DNA from: Parcubacteria group bacterium
Lineage (GTDB): Bacteria; Patescibacteriota; Patescibacteriia; UBA1558; GWA2-36-10
Assembly: GCA_003104935.1 (NCBI GenBank)
Contig: PQAE01000005.1
Location: 68,034 to 115,529, forward strand
DNA: 47,496 bases
Direction of reading: 5' to 3'
Part shown: positions 34,367 through 42,507 of the stretch, one piece after another
Position numbering within the stretch: position 1 is the first letter of the stretch
How the letters are laid out: every line of letters starts with the position of its first letter
Position numbers and translations under genes: made by a program
Notes under the pieces: generated by a model
What the model saw: only the letters and a program-made list of their open reading frames with translations
What the model was told of the DNA's origin: nothing
Databases searched by the model: none

Positions 34367-35083
34367 TTATTTTATCTGCCATTTTTTTGGTAATGGCCCA
34401 GTAGATTTTTTATAAATATATCTAACCAAATCAGATAAAATACTTTTCTTTTCTCTTATATTTTTGGATCTATAAAAATTCTCTAATTTTTTACAAAAAA
34501 TTTTGTCTAGATTGCGCAAAACAGATCCTATCTCATTTGGCTGGGGCAGAAATTTACCACTTAACTTAAGACGAAACTCTAGGATATTGGTGAGTAATAA
34601 ATGACTGTCAATGCCAAAAGCCACATAGTCTCCTTTTTCCAGATCACGCTGTACCTCCCCCCAAAAATCATCAATGGAGTACTTGTGCATCAATATCTCG
34701 TCTTTGCTGTATCTGGTAGCCAGCTGTAAATTTTTTTTGGCCTGCTTCTGAATTTTTTCTAAATAAACTCCTCTTTGAAAAAGAATTTTCCCGTGGACTA
34801 GCATATCCGATGTGATTCTTCGCACGTTATTTTTATCTTGCTGCAAATAGGTTCTAGCCTCCTCTAAAGTGTTTAGTATGATGTCTACCCTCAGTCTATT
34901 GCTTATAAAATTTTTCCGGGAGAATCTAGATTTTTTCTTCAATAAAATATATATGTCAACGTCAGAATATTTATCAAATTTTTTCTTGACCACCGATCCA
35001 AATAATAAGATGCCCAAAACATTTTTATCTGGGCTATATTCTTTTACTATATTCCGGGAAATGGTTTTAATAATTTGTTTCAT
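34367..35083 (-). CDS. Nucleotidyltransferase-domain protein (Pol-beta superfamily, KNTase-like)
   Basis: GILLFGSVVKKKFDKYSDVDIYILL fits the GS...D.D NTase motif, followed by a helical C-terminal half. The gene is markedly AT-rich. The ATG at 35083 is preferred over the GTG at 35140. Confidence 0.65.
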   Translation of the reverse strand: MKQIIKTISRNIVKEYSPDKNVLGILLFGSVVKKKFDKYSDVDIYILLKKKSRFSRKNFISNRLRVDIILNTLEEARTYLQQDKNNVRRITSDMLVHGKILFQRGVYLEKIQKQAKKNLQLATRYSKDEILMHKYSIDDFWGEVQRDLEKGDYVAFGIDSHLLLTNILEFRLKLSGKFLPQPNEIGSVLRNLDKIFCKKLENFYRSKNIREKKSILSDLVRYIYKKSTGPLPKKWQIK

Positions 35084-35146
35084 AAAATAAAACAGGGCCA
35101 AGGTAAGTATATCACTTTTCCTTGGCCCCGTGAACGCCACCTTTTA

Positions 35147-35396
35147 GTGGCAGTTACTCGGACGTTGACAGGTGCAAAGCACCTTCATCTGGGGCAACGG
35201 TTTGACAGCGAATTGGTGGTTAATCAATTGAACGGAATTTATCGCATCAAGAATAATAAATTAAGAGAACTTTTTTATATCTTAGAGGCAAGGGAAGGGG
35301 GCTTTTGATAGCGTTATTTACAATTACGTCAGCAGAAACAATAAGTTTATTGTGATGGCAGATGAACTTGTCAACGAAGCTCTTGACGGTAAATAA
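35147..35396 (+). pseudogene. RNase HI (RVT_3-like) gene remnant, 5'-truncated and frameshifted
   Basis: ...GAKHLHLGQRFDSELVVNQLNGIYRIKNNKLRELFYILEAREGGF ends at TGA 35306-35308. It continues in the +1 frame as (A)FDSVIYNYVSRNNKFIVMADELVNEALDGK*. The shift lies in a G5/T4 homopolymer tract (35297-35306). The N-terminal catalytic part is absent. Confidence 0.6.
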
Positions 35397-35562
35397 ATAC
35401 GATATTAAAATAGACGTAGCTGGTCATGTTTTTAACTCAATCCATTTTTTAACTTCAAAACAATGCCTTTTAAATTCTCCCTACAATAGTTCACCACATA
35501 AAATTCAGCTACGCTGAATCACGTGGCCTAGCCACTTAAAATATTTAAATGTCTAGCCACGT

Positions 35563-35595
35563 GAAGCCTGCGCCGTAAGGCGCCGGGCTTTTTAC
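35563..35595 (+). terminator. Intrinsic terminator
   Basis: agcc.gcgcc-gtaa-ggcgc.gggct followed by ttttt. Confidence 0.5.
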
Positions 35596-35611
35596 GTATT
35601 TTTGAATCTTT

Positions 35612-35640
35612 TTGAATTATTTAACGTATTAATATATAAT
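35612..35640 (+). promoter_or_regulatory. Promoter TTGAAT-17-TATAAT
   Basis: The -10 ends 28 nt upstream of the ABC ATPase start. Confidence 0.5.
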
Positions 35641-35668
35641 ATAGGCTATAAATTATTTTCGGGTATTT

Positions 35669-36457
35669 ATGATAGAAGTCAGTAATTTAGTCAAAAAATT
35701 TGGGGATTTTACGGCTGTAGATAATATTTCCTTCAAAGTTTCCGCCGGAGAAATTTTTGCTTTTTTGGGTCCAAACGGCGCTGGCAAATCTACCACAATC
35801 AAGATGCTGACTACTTTACTCCAGCCAACCAGCGGACAGATCTTGGTCAACGGCCATGATCCGGTACACCAGCCAAATATTGTGCGTCATTCCTTCGGCA
35901 TTGTTTTTCAGGACCCTAGTCTGGATGATGAGCTGACCGCCTGGGAAAACATGGAGTTTCACGGCGTACTTTATGGCGTGCCCAAGAAACTCCGTCACCA
36001 GCGAGCCGAACAGCTCATGAAATTAGTGGAGCTTTGGGACAGAAAGAAAAGTTTGGTCAAAGAATTTTCCGGAGGCATGAAACGACGCCTGGAAATCGCC
36101 CGCGGTTTATTACATCACCCCAAGATTATTTTTTTAGACGAACCGACTCTTGGTTTGGACCCCCAGACGAGAAATTATATGTGGACTTATTTAAAGGAGT
36201 TAAATAAAGCCGAAGGAACCACGATATTTTTTACTACACATTATATGGAAGAAGCCGAACGCATTGCCCAGCGTATCGCCATCATTGACCACGGAAAAAT
36301 AATTGCCTCCGGCACAGCGGCGGAGTTAATTGCCCAGACTAAAACCAATTCTTTAGAAGACGCTTTTTTAAATTTGACTGGCCGGTCTATCCGCGAAGAG
36401 GCGGCCGCACCGGTCGACCGCATGCGCATGATGCGCCGCGGTTTTACTAAGCGATAG
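35669..36457 (+). CDS. ABC transporter ATP-binding protein (ABC-2/DrrA-like)
   Basis: Walker A GPNGAGKST, signature FSGGMKRR, and Walker B IIFLDEPT. Confidence 0.9.
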   Translation: MIEVSNLVKKFGDFTAVDNISFKVSAGEIFAFLGPNGAGKSTTIKMLTTLLQPTSGQILVNGHDPVHQPNIVRHSFGIVFQDPSLDDELTAWENMEFHGVLYGVPKKLRHQRAEQLMKLVELWDRKKSLVKEFSGGMKRRLEIARGLLHHPKIIFLDEPTLGLDPQTRNYMWTYLKELNKAEGTTIFFTTHYMEEAERIAQRIAIIDHGKIIASGTAAELIAQTKTNSLEDAFLNLTGRSIREEAAAPVDRMRMMRRGFTKR

Positions 36458-36467
36458 TTATTGAAAT

Positions 36468-37214
36468 ATGAATACTATTTATATTTTGTGGTTAAGACAA
36501 ATAAAGCGCTACCTGCGTTCCAAACCCCGGATGATCGGCTCCCTGGTTCAGCCCATTCTTTTTCTGTTATCTTTAGGCTACGGTTTTGGTTCGGTTTTTC
36601 AAAGAGCGGGCGAGGGTAGCTATATTAATTTTTTGGCGCCGGGTATCATCGGCATGAGCATTATCTTCACCTCGGTTTTTTCCGGCATGGAAATTATCTG
36701 GGACCGCCAGTTTGGATTTTTAAAAGAAACGTTAGTAGCGCCGGTTTCCCGTTTTAATATCATGATCGGCCGGACTATCGGCGGAGCGACTGTAGCGACC
36801 ATACAGGGATTTCTGGTTTTTATCATCTCTATGATTGCCGGATTCCATCCCTATAATATCTGGGCGATTATTCCCGTTATTTTAGTGATGTTTTTAGTAG
36901 CATTATTGTTTACCGCTCTCGGTACTATGATCGCTTCCTTTCTCAATGATATGCAGGGATTCCAACTAATCGTAAATTTTTTGATCATGCCTTTATTTTT
37001 TCTCTCCGGCGCCCTTTTTCCTCTAGAGGGTCTACCGCAAGCCCTGTCTTTTGTGGCGCGACTGGATCCACTGTCTTATGGCATTGATGCTTTCCGCGTC
37101 TTGTTAATCGGTCTGGGACACTATGGATTAATCACCGATCTAATTGTCTTAAGCATCGTTACTTTGGCCTTTTTATCTTTGGGTAGTTATTTCTTCCGGA
37201 GAATTCAGGTCTGA
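36468..37214 (+). CDS. ABC-2 type transporter permease
   Basis: 6 TM segments, adjacent to the ATPase, 248 aa. Confidence 0.85.
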   Translation: MNTIYILWLRQIKRYLRSKPRMIGSLVQPILFLLSLGYGFGSVFQRAGEGSYINFLAPGIIGMSIIFTSVFSGMEIIWDRQFGFLKETLVAPVSRFNIMIGRTIGGATVATIQGFLVFIISMIAGFHPYNIWAIIPVILVMFLVALLFTALGTMIASFLNDMQGFQLIVNFLIMPLFFLSGALFPLEGLPQALSFVARLDPLSYGIDAFRVLLIGLGHYGLITDLIVLSIVTLAFLSLGSYFFRRIQV

Positions 37215-37243
37215 CATCCTGTTTGTATCATTAAAATGTAAAA

Positions 37244-37272
37244 CCCCCACGCCATTTGGCGAGGGTTTTTTT
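37244..37272 (+). terminator. Intrinsic terminator
   Basis: ccc.cgcc-attt-ggcg.ggg followed by T7. Confidence 0.55.
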
Positions 37273-37315
37273 ATTTAAATATCCGTGATAAGATATAGAC
37301 ATTATTTTCCAGAAA

Positions 37316-38806
37316 ATGAACAAACACCGGTTAGAAATAATTGTTTTTATCAGCGGCGCCGTAGTGATGGTTTTTGAGTTAGTCGGTTCGCGAGTCTTAG
37401 CGCCCTTTCTCGGGTCATCTATATTTACTTGGACCAGTATTATCGGGGTTATCCTGGGTAGCCTGAGTCTAGGCTATTGGCTAGGCGGCCGCTGGGCCGA
37501 CCGTGAAGTCAGCTACACTACTTTAAGCTTGATCCTAGTGGTGGCCGCGGGCTTAGTGGCCTTGATGGATCTATTTAAAGATCCATTTTTATTTTTTTTG
37601 AGCAACGCGATTAGCGATATCAGAGCCAGTTCATTTTTAGGAGCTTTAGCGCTGTTTTCTTTACCGAGCATATTACTGGGCACTATTTCTCCCTATGCCG
37701 TAAAATTGAAAATTATTAATGTGCAAACTTCCGGATCTATTGTCGGTAATCTTTACGCTATTTCTACGCTCGGTAGCATCGTCGGCACATTTTTAGCCGG
37801 GTTTTGGCTGATTCCCTCCTTTGGCAGTACGCGAATCATTTATATTTTAGCTCTAGTCCTGGCACTCTGTTCGTTTCTGGCGGCATACAAAAAAAATATT
37901 AAAACCCGCGGTCTGCTGTTAGCAGTATTTATAATTTTAAGTATAATCAGCCCCTCTTATTTCACCCAGTTTGGTATCAAAGATTTTGACACCCGGTATA
38001 GCCGCGTTTTAATTTATGATACTACGGATAAAAAGACCCAGCGGCCCGTACGACTGATGAACATTGACAGCGTCTCTAACTCCGGAATTTTTTTGGATGG
38101 CGAGGACTTACTTTTTGATTATTTTAAATATTGCGGGTTAGCCGGGCATTTTCAAGACCAAGCGGAAAAAGCATTATTAATCGGAGGTGCTGGTTATGTT
38201 TATCCTCAATATTTTCTTAAGAATAACCCTCGGACCAGTCTGGATGTAGTGGAAATAGATCCTAAACTAACTGGTTTAGCCCGGGAATATTTTGGTTTAC
38301 AAGACTCGCCGCGACTACAAATCTTCCATGAGGACGGCCGGATGTTTTTGAATAGAAACGAAAAAAAATACGACTTGGTTTTCATGGACGCCTTTAATTC
38401 TCTTTTTTCTCTACCATATCAATTAACTACCCAAGAAGCGATTAGTAAAATTTATGGCGCCTTAAATGACCGAGGTGTAGTCTTGGTTAATTTGATTAGT
38501 ATTTTAGATCCTCAAAAAAATGATTTTTTGCGCGCCGAATATTCCACCTACCGGAGCGTCTTTCCCCAAGTTTATCTTTTCCCTATCATCAGCAATAGCA
38601 ACCCCGAGATAGTACAGAATATATTATTAGTCGCCCTCAAATCAGATCAGTTACCGTCATTTACGAGTGAAAACAAGGAATACAATGAATATTTATCCCA
38701 TTTGTTGCTAAATTATTCATTTGATCCAAAAGCTATTCTCACCGACGAGCATGCGCCGGTAGATTATCAGGTAGCTAAGATGATTAACTCTCTCAAGAAG
38801 CAGTAA
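37316..38806 (+). CDS. Spermidine-synthase-like (PABS fold) protein fused to an N-terminal polytopic membrane domain
   Basis: About 7 N-terminal TM segments. The C-terminal part has LLIGGAGY, VVEIDPKL and DLVFMDAFNS. Confidence 0.7.
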   Translation: MNKHRLEIIVFISGAVVMVFELVGSRVLAPFLGSSIFTWTSIIGVILGSLSLGYWLGGRWADREVSYTTLSLILVVAAGLVALMDLFKDPFLFFLSNAISDIRASSFLGALALFSLPSILLGTISPYAVKLKIINVQTSGSIVGNLYAISTLGSIVGTFLAGFWLIPSFGSTRIIYILALVLALCSFLAAYKKNIKTRGLLLAVFIILSIISPSYFTQFGIKDFDTRYSRVLIYDTTDKKTQRPVRLMNIDSVSNSGIFLDGEDLLFDYFKYCGLAGHFQDQAEKALLIGGAGYVYPQYFLKNNPRTSLDVVEIDPKLTGLAREYFGLQDSPRLQIFHEDGRMFLNRNEKKYDLVFMDAFNSLFSLPYQLTTQEAISKIYGALNDRGVVLVNLISILDPQKNDFLRAEYSTYRSVFPQVYLFPIISNSNPEIVQNILLVALKSDQLPSFTSENKEYNEYLSHLLLNYSFDPKAILTDEHAPVDYQVAKMINSLKKQ

Positions 38807-38819
38807 AGATAAAGTTTTT

Positions 38820-40184
38820 ATGAACAAAGAAGGGCTAAAAAAGTATTGGTGGTGGTTGCCGCTATTATTACTAGTTCTCTTTGGGAATAGCCGGCACATT
38901 TTAGACAGTGATGAAGGCGTGATCTTGTCCGGGGCCTGGAATATTATCAATGAGCGCCAGATATACACTGATTTTTTTTCCTTTACCACTCCGGGCACCT
39001 ATTATGCCGTGGCCGGATTGTGGAAGTTGCTGGGTGTCAGTTATTGGTCGGCCAAGGTACTATCAGCTCTTTTTGTATTTTTTTCCGCCGTTGGCCTCTA
39101 TCGTCTGGGCCGGATGTTTCCCGGAAAGTTTTATTTTTTACCGCCCATTTTTTTTGTGGCCGCATCTTTTGCCTGGCCCATCATCGGCTACTATATTTAT
39201 AACGTGTTTTTTATGGTCTGGGCTACTTTTTATTTCTGCCGGGCTCTGGAAAAAAACAGTTTAAAAAATTTATTATTGTCAGGATTACTGAGCGCCCTGG
39301 CAACTTTATTTTTACAGAGTAAGGGAGCCGTGTTGGTTTTTGTCGTAATCACTTACTTAGGGGCTTTAGCTATTATTAAAAGAGAAACACGCTATTGGCG
39401 CTGGGCTTTCCTTTACGGAGCCCTGAGTTTGATATTGTGCCTGGGTTTATTTTTTTTCTGGACACCCCAGATCCTTTATCACTATCTGATTGATTTCCCC
39501 CTTTTCCATTATAGCGCGGTCATATCCAGGACACTTTATTTGTGGTATTTTTTTCTGCTCCTGCTGGCGGCGGCGATTTTTACCGCATACCGCCAGGCCG
39601 ACAAAAAAATGTGGTTTTTGTTTTATCTTCAGCTGACTATGCTCGTTTTGGCCTCTGTTTTGCCGGACTGGTTTCACCTCTGTTTGTCTATTTTCCCCCT
39701 ACTGGCTCTCTGGCCATTTTTTATGGGAAAAATATGGTCCGCTCCCGCCGGACAGAAATTTTTTTATAGCGGCGGTCTCCTGGCCATAGCCTTTTTCATG
39801 TCCCTGCCGTCGCTTTTGGTACTAAAGACACCGCCCTGGCGTAGCGTCAGCCAGCACCCATTATTTAAGGCTATAAATATGTATTGTCAGGATTCTCCCT
39901 ATATTTATGCCGGCGCCTTTATCCCCGGGGTGTATTTTGAAACCAGAAAATTAAATGCCACCGCCTATGACTGGCTGATTACCAATCATCAGACCAACGA
40001 AGATTTTTTGGCCGCCAGAGATTCCTTGGCTGAAAAAAAACCCGCATGCGTCATCAGTTCTCCTTTGTTTGTGGGTCAATATGGTTATGACTTCAATAAT
40101 CCGGTGGATAATTATATCCCAGAGCATTATCGGGTGGTTTGGTCTGATTCCAATTTTAAATTGTGGAGGTTAGTGACTGATTAG
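38820..40184 (+). CDS. Polytopic membrane protein, GT-C (ArnT/PMT-like) glycosyltransferase candidate
   Basis: More than 10 TM segments, an early acidic loop (DSDEG), and a C-terminal soluble domain. The assignment is tentative. Confidence 0.45.
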   Translation: MNKEGLKKYWWWLPLLLLVLFGNSRHILDSDEGVILSGAWNIINERQIYTDFFSFTTPGTYYAVAGLWKLLGVSYWSAKVLSALFVFFSAVGLYRLGRMFPGKFYFLPPIFFVAASFAWPIIGYYIYNVFFMVWATFYFCRALEKNSLKNLLLSGLLSALATLFLQSKGAVLVFVVITYLGALAIIKRETRYWRWAFLYGALSLILCLGLFFFWTPQILYHYLIDFPLFHYSAVISRTLYLWYFFLLLLAAAIFTAYRQADKKMWFLFYLQLTMLVLASVLPDWFHLCLSIFPLLALWPFFMGKIWSAPAGQKFFYSGGLLAIAFFMSLPSLLVLKTPPWRSVSQHPLFKAINMYCQDSPYIYAGAFIPGVYFETRKLNATAYDWLITNHQTNEDFLAARDSLAEKKPACVISSPLFVGQYGYDFNNPVDNYIPEHYRVVWSDSNFKLWRLVTD

Positions 40185-40236
40185 TAAATACTTTTTAAAT
40201 AAAAGTAAAAAGATCTAATTTGTTTAAGTGGATTTA

Positions 40237-40896
40237 TTAAAATTTCCAGCAGAGGTAATATATTTTTTTATTTCTGACCAAATGTTTTTTTTCAAAATGC
40301 GTCTGGATCTGCAGAAACGGAGTAATATTTTTGCGACTATAAAGATCGGGTATTTGTTCTATTATTTTCCCGTGGCTATCACTGAGGCTTTGTTGCGTAT
40401 ATACCCAGAGTTTTTGATCATCAGTTTTGAGATGTAAAATTCCGCCGGGATGTAGTATTTTTTTGTAGAGTTGCAAAAAATATGGCGCGGTCAGTCTTTT
40501 TTTAATTTGTCTTTTCTTGGGATAAGGGTCGGGAAAAGTGATCCAGATCGTCTTGATGCTCTGAGCCGGAAAATAATCAGCTAAAGTTTCTATGGGCAAG
40601 CGCAGAAAAAAAACATTGTTGAGTTTCAGCGCCTCGGCTTGGCTGGCACCGTACCACAGGCGTTCGCCTTGAATATCAATACCGATAAATAGCCCTGCTG
40701 GATTTTGTCCGGCTAAAGCTAAAGTATAGTCGCCTCGGCCACAACCGAGCTCCAGGGTAAGTTCGCGGCCGTTTTTCAAAAAAAGCTGGAGGCGCGATTT
40801 TATGTCTTCTTCTCCGATTTGTGCCACTTGAGGCAATCTGGATAGGGCTTTTATTTTTTTTAGTTTGCTTCGGGGCATATTTTTATTATATAGCAT
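40237..40896 (-). CDS. trmB: tRNA (guanine-N7)-methyltransferase
   Basis: LELGCGRGDY and FPDPYPKKRQIKKR motifs. Confidence 0.85.
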   Translation of the reverse strand: MLYNKNMPRSKLKKIKALSRLPQVAQIGEEDIKSRLQLFLKNGRELTLELGCGRGDYTLALAGQNPAGLFIGIDIQGERLWYGASQAEALKLNNVFFLRLPIETLADYFPAQSIKTIWITFPDPYPKKRQIKKRLTAPYFLQLYKKILHPGGILHLKTDDQKLWVYTQQSLSDSHGKIIEQIPDLYSRKNITPFLQIQTHFEKKHLVRNKKIYYLCWKF

Positions 40897-41008
40897 CTAT
40901 TATAATCAGGGCAATCTGTTATAATTAAACAGCCGCTGGCCGATAGCTCATAGCTTTTGGCCTCAGTAAAGAGGACTGCTATTAACTATTTGCCCTAAGA
41001 CGTATCAC

Positions 41009-42061
41009 ATGAAAATATTAGCCATTGAAACTTCTTGTGACGAAACCGCCATCGCTCTTTTAGAGGGCCGGACCGGGCTTTTAAAATTGGAGCAAAATTT
41101 AATTTATTCCCAGATCGCTATTCACCAGAAATACGGCGGTGTGGTGCCGGAACTGGCCGCCCGCAAGCACGCCGAAACTATCGTGCCGCTTTTATCCGAA
41201 GCTTTGGGTAAAGACCGTTTGAAAAAAGTGGACTATTTGGCCGTGACGGCCGGTCCGGGGCTTATCACTTCTTTATTATCGGGAATAACTATGGCCAAGA
41301 CTCTGGCTTACGTCAATAATAAACCGCTTTGCGGAATTAATCATATTGAAGGGCATATTTATTCTAATTGGTTGTCAAATAAGGAGTTGGTCAGAGCGCC
41401 AAAAAAATATTTTCCCGCTTTGATTTTGATTGTTTCCGGTGGCCACACTGAGTTGGTATTTATGCGTGGCCATGGTCGATACCAGTTGCTGGGCCAGACT
41501 CTGGATGATGCCGCCGGCGAATGTTTTGACAAGGTGGCCAAACTGCTGAGTCTGGGATATCCTGGTGGGCCAATTATTTCTCAGCTGGCCGCCAAAGGAA
41601 ATTCTCGGGCCTATTATTTTCCCCGGCCGATGATTAGTAGCCGGGATTATAATTTCTCTTTTGCCGGCTTAAAAACCGCCGTGCTTTATACCTTAGAGAA
41701 AAAACGTAAAATATATCGGAAAGATCTAGCCGATCTTTGCGCTTCTTTTCAACAGGCGGTGATAGAGGTTTTGGTAGCCAAAACCATCAAAGCATCCCAG
41801 GTGTATAAAGTGAAGGCGGTGCTGGTGGGCGGCGGTGTAGCGGCCAATAAGCACCTGTTAGCCAGCTTACAACAAGCCTGTCAAAAAGAAAAAAAACCTT
41901 TTTTCTATCCCCAGATAAGAAGTACGGGCGATAACGCCGCCATGATCGCTGTGGCCGCATATTACGGTCTAGTTAGTAAGCGGGCTAGAGTTTTGAAGGG
42001 ACGCGAGGTTTTCGGAATTAAACCTAATCCGAATTGGCAACTAACCAAAAATAAATTATAA
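41009..42061 (+). CDS. tsaD: tRNA N6-adenosine threonylcarbamoyltransferase
   Basis: ILAIETSCDETA, HIEGH and GGGVAAN motifs. Confidence 0.95.
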   Translation: MKILAIETSCDETAIALLEGRTGLLKLEQNLIYSQIAIHQKYGGVVPELAARKHAETIVPLLSEALGKDRLKKVDYLAVTAGPGLITSLLSGITMAKTLAYVNNKPLCGINHIEGHIYSNWLSNKELVRAPKKYFPALILIVSGGHTELVFMRGHGRYQLLGQTLDDAAGECFDKVAKLLSLGYPGGPIISQLAAKGNSRAYYFPRPMISSRDYNFSFAGLKTAVLYTLEKKRKIYRKDLADLCASFQQAVIEVLVAKTIKASQVYKVKAVLVGGGVAANKHLLASLQQACQKEKKPFFYPQIRSTGDNAAMIAVAAYYGLVSKRARVLKGREVFGIKPNPNWQLTKNKL

Positions 42062-42072
42062 TTACCTTAAAT

Positions 42073-42507
42073 ATGGCGGAATTTATCAGTAAAAGTGTAA
42101 GCGACACGGAAGCAGTAGCGACTAAGGTGGCGCAACGCCTCCAAGGCGGCGATTGGCTGGCTTTGGTCGGTAATTTAGGCGCGGGCAAAACAGTTTTTGT
42201 CAAAGGTCTGGCTCGTGCTTTGGGAGTGAGTGCCAATCTGACCAGCCCGACTTTTGTTTTACTCAAAGCGTATGATACCGGGCATAAAGTGATTAAAAAA
42301 TTCGTGCACGTGGACTGTTACCGTCTGGACGGAAAAGAAGATTTGATGGATATAGGACTAAGCGACTATTTAAATCAGAAAGATACAGTGGTGGTGATTG
42401 AATGGGCGGACAAAATCAGAGGTTTACCGGATAAAACTATTAAAATAAATATAGATTACCGCCCGGACAATCAGAGAAAAATTTTAGTGGATAATTTGAA
42501 TTTATGA
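42073..42507 (+). CDS. tsaE: t6A biosynthesis ATPase TsaE
   Basis: GNLGAGKTVFVKGLARALG. The stop overlaps the valS start (ATGA). Confidence 0.85.
   Translation: MAEFISKSVSDTEAVATKVAQRLQGGDWLALVGNLGAGKTVFVKGLARALGVSANLTSPTFVLLKAYDTGHKVIKKFVHVDCYRLDGKEDLMDIGLSDYLNQKDTVVVIEWADKIRGLPDKTIKINIDYRPDNQRKILVDNLNL

Noticed and set aside
35075-35308. 77-aa ORF as an intact gene.
   Set aside because: Its N-terminal half overlaps the NTase gene start region and has no homology. Only the C-terminal part is RNase H-like, and it continues in another frame, so I call it a pseudogene fragment.
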